From an uncultured Candidatus Saccharibacteria bacterium (lineage in GTDB: Bacteria; Patescibacteriota; Minisyncoccia; Phycocordibacterales; CSBR16-193), in NCBI GenBank assembly GCA_964559575.1, contig CAZLGQ010000002.1, positions 1 to 45,588 on the forward strand: 45,588 bases of DNA, written 5' to 3'. The notes under the pieces are model-generated. The model did no database searches. It saw nothing but the letters and a program-made list of their open reading frames with translations, and was not told the DNA's origin. The translations under genes were made by a program, and so were the position numbers. Below are positions 26,318 through 34,371 of this stretch, piece after piece (within the stretch, counting starts at the first letter, position 1; each line of letters begins with the position of its first letter).

Positions 26318-26521
26318 ATGCCTACCAAAAAAGGTCAAACAAAAAAAACCGCTGTAAAGAAAAGGATTGCAAAAAAAGCACCTGCTCGCAAAAAGGTCGC
26401 AAAAAAAACACCGGCTCGCAAAAAGGTTGCAAAAAAGGCACCGGCTCGCAAAAAGGTTGCAAAAAAGGCACCGGCTCGCAAAAAAGTTGCAAAAAAAGCT
26501 CCTGCTCGCAAAAGACGTTAG
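26318..26521 (+). CDS. Lysine/alanine/proline-rich histone H1-like basic protein made of KKAPARKKVA decapeptide repeats
   Basis: 67 aa, about 40% Lys. Differences between the five 30-nt repeats are almost all synonymous third-position changes (aaa/aag, cct/ccg, gtc/gtt), which argues that it is translated. Followed by a strong terminator. Confidence 0.7.
   Translation: MPTKKGQTKKTAVKKRIAKKAPARKKVAKKTPARKKVAKKAPARKKVAKKAPARKKVAKKAPARKRR
26369..26518 (+). repeat. Tandem repeat, 5 x 30 nt (gcaaaaaargcmccKgctcgcaaaaaRgtY), inside the H1-like CDS
   Basis: Units at 26369, 26399, 26429, 26459 and 26489. Units 3 and 4 differ by a single base. Confidence 0.9.
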
Positions 26522-26546
26522 TATTTTTATATAATAAGAAGGGTTT

Positions 26547-26577
26547 GAAAAACCTGACATATACTGTCAGGTTTTTC
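26547..26577 (+). terminator. Rho-independent terminator of the H1-like gene
   Basis: gaaaaacctgaca-tatac-tgtcaggtttttc, a perfect 13-bp stem with a T-run. Confidence 0.8.
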
Positions 26578-26606
26578 TTGTTAAGCAATATATAAATATG
26601 TATACT
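26578..26606 (+). promoter_or_regulatory. Sigma70-type promoter TTGTTA-N17-TATACT, 6 nt before the ATG at 26613 (predicted leaderless secA mRNA)
   Basis: ttgtta (26578-26583), a 17-nt spacer, tatact (26601-26606), tgtgct, then ATG at 26613. Confidence 0.55.
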
Positions 26607-26612
26607 TGTGCT

Positions 26613-29105
26613 ATGGAATTTATTAAAAAGATTTTTGGTGATGATTTTACAAGACCATTGAAAACTTATCGACCCACTGTTGATAAGATAAATGCTCTTG
26701 AAGAAACAGTAAGTGGTCTCTCTAATGAAGACCTTAGAGCTAAGACTGATGAATTTAAAAATAGGCTTTCTAAAAAAGAAACTTTGGATGATATTCTTCC
26801 TGAGGCTTTTGCTGTTGTAAGAGAAGTAGCAAAAAGAACTCTTTCACAGAGGCATTTTGATGTTCAACTCCTTGGAGGCATATCTTTACATAAAGGTACG
26901 GTAACTGAGATGAGAACCGGTGAAGGTAAAACGTTGGTAGCAACACTCCCGGTTTATTTAAATGCTCTTACAGGTAAAGGAGTTCATGTTGTTACTGTTA
27001 ATGATTATCTATCAAGGCGTGATGCTGTGTGGATGGGACAGATATATGATTTTTTAGGACTTTCTGTTGGTGTGATCACTCATGACTCTTCTTTTTTGTA
27101 TGATAATAAATATTTTGCTGAAAAGGATAAAGAAAGAGATGAGAAAGGATCTTTTAAAGTTATGGATGATTTTTTGGCTCCTTCATCTAGAGGTGAAGCT
27201 TATCAAGCAGATGTTACTTACGGTACGGATAATGAATTTGGGTTTGATTACTTAAGAGATAATACAGAAAAGAATGCTGATAATTTACGACAACGTGATT
27301 TTAATTTTGCTATTGTAGATGAGGTTGATTCTGTTTTGATAGATGAAGCCAGAACTCCTTTGATAATATCTGCACCTTCAAGTGAGGCGGAAGATTTTTA
27401 TAAAACTTTTGCCGGTATTGCCGCTCAGTTAAAAAACGAAGAGGACTATACAGTAGATGAAAAAACCCGTTCTGTAAGTTTAAGTCAAAAAGGTATTTCT
27501 AAGGCGGAAAAGTTTTTGGGAGTAGAAAATATATATACTGAAAAAGGTATAAAATATGTGCACCATTTAGAAACAGCAGCCAGAGCCAAAGCTCTGTTTC
27601 AAAAAGATACAGACTATGTAGTAAAAGAAGGTAGAGTTGTTTTAGTAGATCCTTTTACCGGTAGACTTCAATGGGGAAAACGAATGTCTGAAGGTCTTCA
27701 TCAAGCTATTGAGGCCAAGGAAGGATTGGAAGTTCAGAGAGAATCGCGTACCTTTGCTTCTGTTACGTATCAAAATTATTTCAGAATGTATCCGAAACTA
27801 TCAGGTATGACAGGAACAGCTGTCTCTTCGGCGGAAGAATTTTTAAAGGTTTACGGTTTACCTACTGTTTCTATTCCAACCAATAAAACACCTCAACGTA
27901 TTGATAAGAATGATCTTATTTTTCAAACCGAACAAGGTAAATTAAAAGCTGTTACTAAAAAAATAAAAGAACTAAATCAGAAAGGACAACCTGTTCTTAT
28001 TGGAACTGTTTCTATTGAAAAAAACGAATTAATGTCTGAGTTTTTAACCAGATATGGTGTACCTCATCAGGTTTTAAATGCAAAGAATCATGAAAAAGAA
28101 GGTGAGATAATAGCTCACGCGGGAGCTAAAGGAATGGTTACTATTGCTACTAATATGGCCGGTAGGGGGGTTGATATAAAATTGGGAGGAGTCAATTGCA
28201 AGGAAGAAGATTATGAAGAAGTTAGGTCTTTGGGAGGTTTATATATTATAGGTACGGAAAGACATGAAGCCAGACGTATTGATGATCAGCTTAGAGGAAG
28301 GTCCGGTCGTCAGGGAGATCCTGGTGAAACCAGATTTTATGTATCCTTGGAAGATACTTTAATGAGAGTTTTTGCTTCGGATACCATAAAAAATATGATG
28401 GGAACCTTTAAGATCCCTGAAGACCAACCTATAGAAAACAGATTTATAACAAGGTCTTTGGAAAAAGCTCAAGCAAAAATAGAGGGATTTCATTTTGATG
28501 CTCGTAAACAGATACTTAAGTATGATGATGTTTTAGATTACCAAAGACGTTCTGTTTATGATGAACGTAAAAAGGTTCTTTTGGGGGACAGGGAAAAAAT
28601 AAATACTTTTATAGATCAAGTTTATGAACAGATGAATTCAAAACAGAAGTCACTTTTTGATTCATTACGAGAAGATATGTCTGAAGATGTTTTTTATGAT
28701 TCAGTTAGGAGAGTTATATTACAAACTATAGATATACTGTGGATGGAACATTTAGAGATAATGAATCATACGCGTTCCAGCGTAAACCTTCGTGCTTATG
28801 GACAGAAAGATCCTTTGGTTGAGTATAAAAAAGAAGGACTTCGTCTGTTTAAAGAAATGAAAGAAACGGTAATTGAAGAAATTGCTACACTTTTACCTTA
28901 TATTACTGAAGGAGTAAAAACCGAAGAAAGTAGAAAGGGATTAAAAGAGATACATAAAGCAGGATCGGTCATGTCTTCTTCTGATAATACCAATGAGGTT
29001 GTTAACAGTACCAAACTTCGTAATGATAAAGGGGAAAAAGTTGGACGGAATGATCCATGTGTTTGTGGTTCCGGTAAGAAATACAAAAAATGTTGTGGAA
29101 AATAG
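26613..29105 (+). CDS. secA: Preprotein translocase ATPase SecA (start moved to the second in-frame ATG)
   Basis: MEFIKKIFG N-terminus typical of SecA, MRTGEGKTLVATLP, DEVDSVLIDEARTPLIIS, C-terminal zinc finger CVCGSGKKYKKCCG. The ATG at 26598 lies inside the promoter spacer. Confidence 0.9.
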   Translation: MEFIKKIFGDDFTRPLKTYRPTVDKINALEETVSGLSNEDLRAKTDEFKNRLSKKETLDDILPEAFAVVREVAKRTLSQRHFDVQLLGGISLHKGTVTEMRTGEGKTLVATLPVYLNALTGKGVHVVTVNDYLSRRDAVWMGQIYDFLGLSVGVITHDSSFLYDNKYFAEKDKERDEKGSFKVMDDFLAPSSRGEAYQADVTYGTDNEFGFDYLRDNTEKNADNLRQRDFNFAIVDEVDSVLIDEARTPLIISAPSSEAEDFYKTFAGIAAQLKNEEDYTVDEKTRSVSLSQKGISKAEKFLGVENIYTEKGIKYVHHLETAARAKALFQKDTDYVVKEGRVVLVDPFTGRLQWGKRMSEGLHQAIEAKEGLEVQRESRTFASVTYQNYFRMYPKLSGMTGTAVSSAEEFLKVYGLPTVSIPTNKTPQRIDKNDLIFQTEQGKLKAVTKKIKELNQKGQPVLIGTVSIEKNELMSEFLTRYGVPHQVLNAKNHEKEGEIIAHAGAKGMVTIATNMAGRGVDIKLGGVNCKEEDYEEVRSLGGLYIIGTERHEARRIDDQLRGRSGRQGDPGETRFYVSLEDTLMRVFASDTIKNMMGTFKIPEDQPIENRFITRSLEKAQAKIEGFHFDARKQILKYDDVLDYQRRSVYDERKKVLLGDREKINTFIDQVYEQMNSKQKSLFDSLREDMSEDVFYDSVRRVILQTIDILWMEHLEIMNHTRSSVNLRAYGQKDPLVEYKKEGLRLFKEMKETVIEEIATLLPYITEGVKTEESRKGLKEIHKAGSVMSSSDNTNEVVNSTKLRNDKGEKVGRNDPCVCGSGKKYKKCCGK

Positions 29106-29292
29106 AATGTGAACTATATGGTTTTAAAATATCTTAGAGTTTGATACCTAAAATAGTTTCAGAATAAGAGTCAGTCTAACTCTTATTGGAATTAAAAAGA
29201 TATTTACTTTTAATTAAGTTAATATTTGGTTTTTTAAAAAATTTCGGCTGATCTGTTTTTGTTAGAGTAACTTTTTTAAAAATAATTAAGTA

Positions 29293-29324
29293 AAGGATAT
29301 TTGTGTTAAATATCCTTGGTTTTT
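29293..29324 (+). terminator. Terminator-like hairpin in the secA-dedA intergenic region, about 190 nt downstream of the secA stop
   Basis: aaggatat-ttgtgttaa-atatcctt followed by ggttttt. Confidence 0.4.
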
Positions 29325-29471
29325 AATTATGATAAGTTGTCAAAATTCTGTATAATTATTTTTTTAAAATACTTTTTGGGATAAGTGGGGGATTTTTAGA
29401 ATAGTAGTTTAATTATGATCGTAAAAAGTGTAGAAATAAAGATTTTTAAACAGAACAGTTTATTTTAAAAG

Positions 29472-29480
29472 TGGTATAAT
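29472..29480 (+). promoter_or_regulatory. Extended -10 promoter element TGgTATAAT, 7 nt before the ATG at 29488 (predicted leaderless)
   Basis: tg g tataat (29472-29480), spacer catagtt, ATG at 29488. Confidence 0.5.
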
Positions 29481-29487
29481 CATAGTT

Positions 29488-30144
29488 ATGTTAACCGGTA
29501 TAATAAATTACTTAGAAGGAATAATAGAGTTTTTTGGTGTTTGGGGAGTATTTATAGCTTCATTTACAGAAGAGGTTATAGCTTTCTTACCTTCGCCGGT
29601 TATTATGACTGCTTCAGGTTTTTTTCTTTTAGACGGTCCGATTTCAGTTAGTTTTTTTATTTTTCTTTTTTTAATGATAGCCGTTCCTTATGCTATTGGT
29701 GTTACTTTAGGATCTTTTGTTTTTTATGGTCTATTATATTTTTGGGGGGAGAGTGCTATAACCAAATGGGGTAAGTTTTTTGGGGTAAGTTGGAATAGTA
29801 TAGAAAAAATAAGAGGAAAGATGAAAAACAATTACTGGGATGAGATCACTTTTATGTTTTTTAGAATAGTTCCCATAATTCCCAGTGCCGCTCTTGCTTC
29901 TGCTTGTGGTTTAATAAAAATGAAACCGATTAAATATACCATAATTACACTTTTTGGTGTTTCTATTCGTGCAAGTATATTTGCTTTTTTAGGTTTTTAT
30001 TTTGGTGAAACTTATCGCCAGTACGCAGAAGTGATGGCGGAAATAGAATCAATAGTAGGTTATACTTTTTTGTTTTTAGTTGTATTACTTTTGATCTTCG
30101 CTTTTATATATACACAACAGAAATATAAAAAGAATGTGTTATAA
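29488..30144 (+). CDS. DedA/VTT (SNARE-associated) family membrane protein
   Basis: 218 aa, polytopic. An N-terminal FGVWGVFIASFTEEVIAFLPSP-type segment and an R..PIIPS segment are typical of DedA proteins. Confidence 0.6.
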   Translation: MLTGIINYLEGIIEFFGVWGVFIASFTEEVIAFLPSPVIMTASGFFLLDGPISVSFFIFLFLMIAVPYAIGVTLGSFVFYGLLYFWGESAITKWGKFFGVSWNSIEKIRGKMKNNYWDEITFMFFRIVPIIPSAALASACGLIKMKPIKYTIITLFGVSIRASIFAFLGFYFGETYRQYAEVMAEIESIVGYTFLFLVVLLLIFAFIYTQQKYKKNVL

Positions 30145-30164
30145 TCAAGAACAAGTTTTGGTTC

Positions 30165-31232
30165 ATGTTAAACACCAATACACAACTTAAATTTTTTACT
30201 GTTTTTGCACTAACTGTTGCAATTCTAGCTTTTTTAATCGTACTGCCTTATTTACCGGCTTTATTTCTTTCGGTGATTTTTGTGGTGACCTTTATGCCGG
30301 TTCATGATCTTATTAAAAAAATATTTGGTAGGTATAAAAATCTAACCGCTTTTATTAGCACTTTTTTGGTTCTTTTGGTTATTTTTATTCCGGTTACTTT
30401 TTTTAGCTTTCTTGTTTTTCAAGAAGCTCGGGAAGTTTATGAAAGAGGTGTTGAGGATGCTTTTGCTTTAAGAACTTTGGACGGTTTTGTGGAATCGGTT
30501 GAAGTAAAAATTTCAGAAATTTTTCCGGGTGTAGAATTGGAGGTTCGTCAATATACCGAAATAGAATCTTTGGTTAAGCAGGGTCTAAAAACAATAGTTG
30601 ACTATTTTGATAGTATTTTTACGAGTTTTTTGAGGATAGGAATAAGTATATTTTTATCAGTTCTTTCTTTGTTTTATCTGTTTAGAGATAAAGATAGAGC
30701 TATCGTTGGGATAAAAAAGATCAGTCCATTAAAAAAAGAGTATAATGATATTATTTTTCAGAAAGTAACAAATGCTATTAATGCGGTAGTTCGAGGAAGG
30801 CTCTTGGTTGGAGTTATACAGGGTTTTGTAATTGGAATAGGATTCAGTCTTTTTGATCTTCCGAGCCCGGTTCTTTGGGGAATGGTAGCAGCGATTACTT
30901 CCATGCTTCCTATTGTAGGCCCTTTAATGATAGTCATCCCTACATCCATTATACTTTTTTTAAGTGGCTTTTTCTGGACTGCTATGGGAATTTTAGCTTG
31001 GGGTATTGTAGCTGTTATCGTAGTGGATGAGTATTTAGGTTCTGTTCTTATTGATCAACGTATGAATATACATCCATTACTTGTTTTAGTTTCGGTTATG
31101 GGAGGAATAAGCTTTTTTGGTGTAATAGGTTTTGTGGTTGGTCCAGTAATTTTGGCTTTATTTTTTGCTGTTTTGGAAATTTATTCACTTATCAACAACT
31201 TAGAGGAAAAAAAGACTGGTGACATAAATTAA
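30165..31232 (+). CDS. AI-2E family transporter (PerM/UPF0118) membrane protein
   Basis: 355 aa, about 8 TM helices. The ITSMLPIVGP and HPLLVLVSVMGG segments resemble the UPF0118 family. Confidence 0.6.
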   Translation: MLNTNTQLKFFTVFALTVAILAFLIVLPYLPALFLSVIFVVTFMPVHDLIKKIFGRYKNLTAFISTFLVLLVIFIPVTFFSFLVFQEAREVYERGVEDAFALRTLDGFVESVEVKISEIFPGVELEVRQYTEIESLVKQGLKTIVDYFDSIFTSFLRIGISIFLSVLSLFYLFRDKDRAIVGIKKISPLKKEYNDIIFQKVTNAINAVVRGRLLVGVIQGFVIGIGFSLFDLPSPVLWGMVAAITSMLPIVGPLMIVIPTSIILFLSGFFWTAMGILAWGIVAVIVVDEYLGSVLIDQRMNIHPLLVLVSVMGGISFFGVIGFVVGPVILALFFAVLEIYSLINNLEEKKTGDIN

Positions 31233-31271
31233 AATAATGGTTATTATGAATAAAATTATTTTAAATTGAAT

Positions 31272-32531
31272 ATGAAAGTTTTGATGTTTGGTTGGGAATT
31301 TCCTCCTCACAACAGTGGGGGGTTGGGCGTAGCCTGTAAAGGGATAGTTGACTCCCTTAATTCTCAAGGAATTTCAGTTTCTTTTGTTTTGCCTAAGAAA
31401 GTTCCTTTAGGTCCTTCTAATAAAAATGTTATTTTTGCTGATAAAAATTCGGCTGTTTTTAATGAAAAAGGTATTGACGTTCTCTTAACTCCTTATGTTA
31501 CATCTGAAAGTTACGAAAATCGCTTAAATGAAATTAAACAGGATCTTTCAAGTAATAAAAAATCAAGGAAAAAAAGACAGAAAAAACTTCATTATGGAAA
31601 AACTTTAGTTGATGAAGTTTATAGATATGGAGATTTGGCCGGAGATGTAGCGGAGAGTGAAGATCACGATATAATTCATGCTCATGACTGGCTTTCTTTT
31701 GAAGCCGGAATCGGAGCCAAAGAGGCTAGTGGTAAACCTTTGGTTGTTCATATACATGCTACCGAATTTGATAGAAGTGGGGAGAATGTTGATCAGAGGA
31801 TATATGATATAGAAAGGAGAGGTTTTCATTTTGCTGATAAGATAGTTTCCGTTTCTGCTCTTACTAAAAAAACTTTAATAGATAGGTATGGAGTTTCTGA
31901 AGACAAGATAACAGTAGTTCACAATGGAATAAAAGAAGAAGATTATAAAAATGCTTTGGAGGAAACTCCGGCCTCGGTAGTTGGAAAATTAAAAGATCAT
32001 GGATATAAAATAGTTCTTTTTGTTGGAAGGATCACTTTTCAGAAAGGTCCGGATTATTTTGTAAAAATGGCAAAAAAGGTTAGAGCTTATGAGCCAAATA
32101 CCTTTTTTGTTGTTTCAGGTTCAGGTGATATGGAAAAACAGATGATTAGGGAAGTTGCCGCTTCGGGTATGTCAGATAGGTTTATATTTACAGGTTTTTT
32201 GCGTGGTGAATCTTTAAGAACTGTATATAAAACTGCAGATATTTATATAATGCCTTCAGTTTCGGAACCTTTTGGTTTAACTCCACTGGAAGCAATGATA
32301 CAGAATACACCGGTATTAATATCAAGACAGTCCGGTGTTAGTGAAGTTGTAAATCATGCTCTTAAAGCTAATTTTTGGGATGTGGATGAAATGGCAAGTA
32401 AAGTTATTTCGGTTTTAAAAAACCCCCCTTTACATCAGTGTCTTAAGGTAAACGGAAAAAGAGAAGTCTCTAAAGTAAATTGGGATGTTGCAGCAGAAAA
32501 ATTAGTTTCCCTGTATAGGCAGTTACTGTAA
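31272..32531 (+). CDS. Glycogen synthase-like retaining glycosyltransferase (GT-B fold, GT4/GT5), archaeal-type N-terminus
   Basis: MKVLMFGWEFPPHNSGGLGVACKG N-terminus and C-terminal E-x7-E region PSVSEPFGLTPLEAM. I prefer the ATG at 31272 to the TTG at 31266 used by the ORF track. Confidence 0.6.
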   Translation: MKVLMFGWEFPPHNSGGLGVACKGIVDSLNSQGISVSFVLPKKVPLGPSNKNVIFADKNSAVFNEKGIDVLLTPYVTSESYENRLNEIKQDLSSNKKSRKKRQKKLHYGKTLVDEVYRYGDLAGDVAESEDHDIIHAHDWLSFEAGIGAKEASGKPLVVHIHATEFDRSGENVDQRIYDIERRGFHFADKIVSVSALTKKTLIDRYGVSEDKITVVHNGIKEEDYKNALEETPASVVGKLKDHGYKIVLFVGRITFQKGPDYFVKMAKKVRAYEPNTFFVVSGSGDMEKQMIREVAASGMSDRFIFTGFLRGESLRTVYKTADIYIMPSVSEPFGLTPLEAMIQNTPVLISRQSGVSEVVNHALKANFWDVDEMASKVISVLKNPPLHQCLKVNGKREVSKVNWDVAAEKLVSLYRQLL

Positions 32532-32621
32532 TTTAATAACTGTTTCAAGGTTGTATTTACTGGATTGTTTTAATATACACGGCTTGTTAACATTGCTTAA
32601 AAGAGTTGGTCCGAGTTATTA

Positions 32622-32643
32622 TGTCTTACAAGACAGTTTTTTT
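32622..32643 (+). terminator. Weak terminator-like hairpin after the glycosyltransferase gene
   Basis: tgtct-taca-agaca followed by g + T7. The stem is only 5 bp. Confidence 0.3.
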
Positions 32644-32665
32644 ATAAGATCTAATTTTAAAAGCC

Positions 32666-33916
32666 ATGGCCTCAGTTTGTTTTTATTTTCAAGTTCATCA
32701 ACCATTCCGTGTTAAAAAGTATGGGATATTTGATATAGGTAACCCTGATTATTTTAATGAAGACAGTGAAACAGATCTAAACAATGAACGTATATTAAAA
32801 AAAGTCGGTAGAAAGTGTTATATTCCGGCTAATAGAGTCTTAAAAAATGTATTGGATAATAATCCTGATTTTAAAATAAGTTTTTCGTTTTCTGGAGTTT
32901 TTTTGGAACAGTGTGCCTTATTCGCACCGGAGATACTGGAGTCATTTAAAGAGTTAACAGATACAGGCAGAGTGGAAATATTAAATGAAACTTATTACCA
33001 TTCTTTAGCTGCTCTTTATTCCCAAAAGGAATTTGAAAAACAAGTAAAACTTCACGGGGAAGTAGTAAAAGAACTTTTTGATATAGATCCTAAGATATTT
33101 AGAAACACAGAACTTATTTATAATAACGACATTGCTAAAGAGGCTCGCAAAATGGGTTTTAAAGGAATATTGGCTGAAGGGGCAGATCATGTTTTGGGTT
33201 GGAGAAGTCCTAATTTTTTGTATAAACCGGTTGGAATAGACGATATGGCTCTTCTTCTAAAGAACTATCGTTTATCTGATGATGTGGCTTTTAGGTTTGG
33301 AGAGAAAGGTTGGAAAGAGTATCCATTAACCGCTGAAAAGTTTTCTCAATGGTTATCAGCTTATAATGGAAGTGGAGAGATAATAAATCTTTTTATGGAT
33401 TATGAAACATTTGGTGAACATCAGTGGGAGGATACCGGTATATTTGAATTTTTAAGACATTTTCCTGATGAGTTTTTGAAACACCCTGATAATAATTTTG
33501 TTACTCCAAGTGAGGCTATTGAAAAGTATAAAGTTGTAGGAGAAATAGATACATCTGACTATGTTTCTTGGGCTGATGTTGAAAGAGATATATCTGCTTG
33601 GCGGTCAAATGAGATACAACACGATGCTCTTCGTTGTATATATGAATTAGAACGTGACGTGGTTGAGTTGAATGATCCCGAAATACTTCATACTTGGAGA
33701 AAGTTACAAACATCTGATCACTTTTATTATATGTGTACCAAATGGTTTCAAGATGGAGATGTTCATAAATACTTTAATCCATATGATTCGCCTTACGAAG
33801 CCTTTATAGCTTTTAGTAATGTTATTAGTGATCTTAAATTAAGGATAGATGAAAAAAGATCAGAAAAATTAAAGGATAAAAAAGAAGAAAAAGTTGTTTC
33901 TTCCAATGAAAGTTAA
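32666..33916 (+). CDS. Glycoside hydrolase family 57 enzyme (alpha-amylase / alpha-glucan-acting)
   Basis: N-terminal FYFQVHQPFR signature, MDYETFGEH catalytic-region motif. 416 aa. Confidence 0.7.
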   Translation: MASVCFYFQVHQPFRVKKYGIFDIGNPDYFNEDSETDLNNERILKKVGRKCYIPANRVLKNVLDNNPDFKISFSFSGVFLEQCALFAPEILESFKELTDTGRVEILNETYYHSLAALYSQKEFEKQVKLHGEVVKELFDIDPKIFRNTELIYNNDIAKEARKMGFKGILAEGADHVLGWRSPNFLYKPVGIDDMALLLKNYRLSDDVAFRFGEKGWKEYPLTAEKFSQWLSAYNGSGEIINLFMDYETFGEHQWEDTGIFEFLRHFPDEFLKHPDNNFVTPSEAIEKYKVVGEIDTSDYVSWADVERDISAWRSNEIQHDALRCIYELERDVVELNDPEILHTWRKLQTSDHFYYMCTKWFQDGDVHKYFNPYDSPYEAFIAFSNVISDLKLRIDEKRSEKLKDKKEEKVVSSNES

Positions 33917-33926
33917 ATAAAGTTTT

Positions 33927-34367
33927 ATGGGTCAAGAAAAAAAAGATAAAAAAGGTTTTTTAAGTTATTTTTTAAAAAATAATGATAAAAAAAGAATTGA
34001 TAAACCGGTTTCTAATAAAAAGAATCGTTTAATTGTGAAAAATGAAAATGAAGATTTTATTAATTTTTTAGAAGGTAATGATCAAAAAAAAGAACCGGTT
34101 TCAAATAAAGGTTTAACAGAAGCTCCTTCTGGTCAGCGTTTTTTTGTTTTTGAAGGTCCTTCTGTAAAAAGTCTTGATGATCTTAGTTACTATCTTGGCA
34201 CTATGACAGAAAGACAGATTCGTCATCATGTTACTGAAGATAAAAATGATTTTGCTTCTTGGGTTAGAGATGTTTTAAAGCAAGATAAATTAGCTAATGA
34301 TCTTGAAAAAACTAAAAATAGAGAAGAAATGATAAATATTTTAAATAATTTTTTAAATTCTAAATAA
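33927..34367 (+). CDS. Unknown 146-aa protein: K/N-rich N-terminal half and a conserved-looking C-terminal domain
   Basis: The ORF is tightly packed between GH57 (10-nt gap) and GH15 (4-nt gap). The C-terminal segment is FFVFEGPSVKSLDDLSYYLGTMTERQIRHHVTEDKNDFASWVRDVLKQDKLANDLE. I could not assign a family with confidence. Confidence 0.5.
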   Translation: MGQEKKDKKGFLSYFLKNNDKKRIDKPVSNKKNRLIVKNENEDFINFLEGNDQKKEPVSNKGLTEAPSGQRFFVFEGPSVKSLDDLSYYLGTMTERQIRHHVTEDKNDFASWVRDVLKQDKLANDLEKTKNREEMINILNNFLNSK

Positions 34368-34371
34368 TTTT

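Noticed and set aside
26369-26518. Possible CRISPR array (regular 30-nt repeats)
   Set aside because: The repeats are directly adjacent with no spacers, there are no cas genes, and they encode a coherent peptide repeat.
26282-26588. Two minus-strand ORFs (92 and 88 aa) across the 30-nt tandem repeat
   Set aside because: They are antisense artefacts of the repeat, giving Phe/Cys-rich nonsense peptides. The + strand frame has an ATG, a downstream terminator and synonymous-only variation between repeats.
26598-26612. ORF-track start of secA at 26598
   Set aside because: That ATG lies within the spacer of the TTGTTA-N17-TATACT promoter. The ATG at 26613 gives the canonical SecA N-terminus.
29163-29187. 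Terminator for secA
   Set aside because: It is a 9-bp hairpin with no U-tract on either strand, so it is kept only as a structural element within the intergenic finding.
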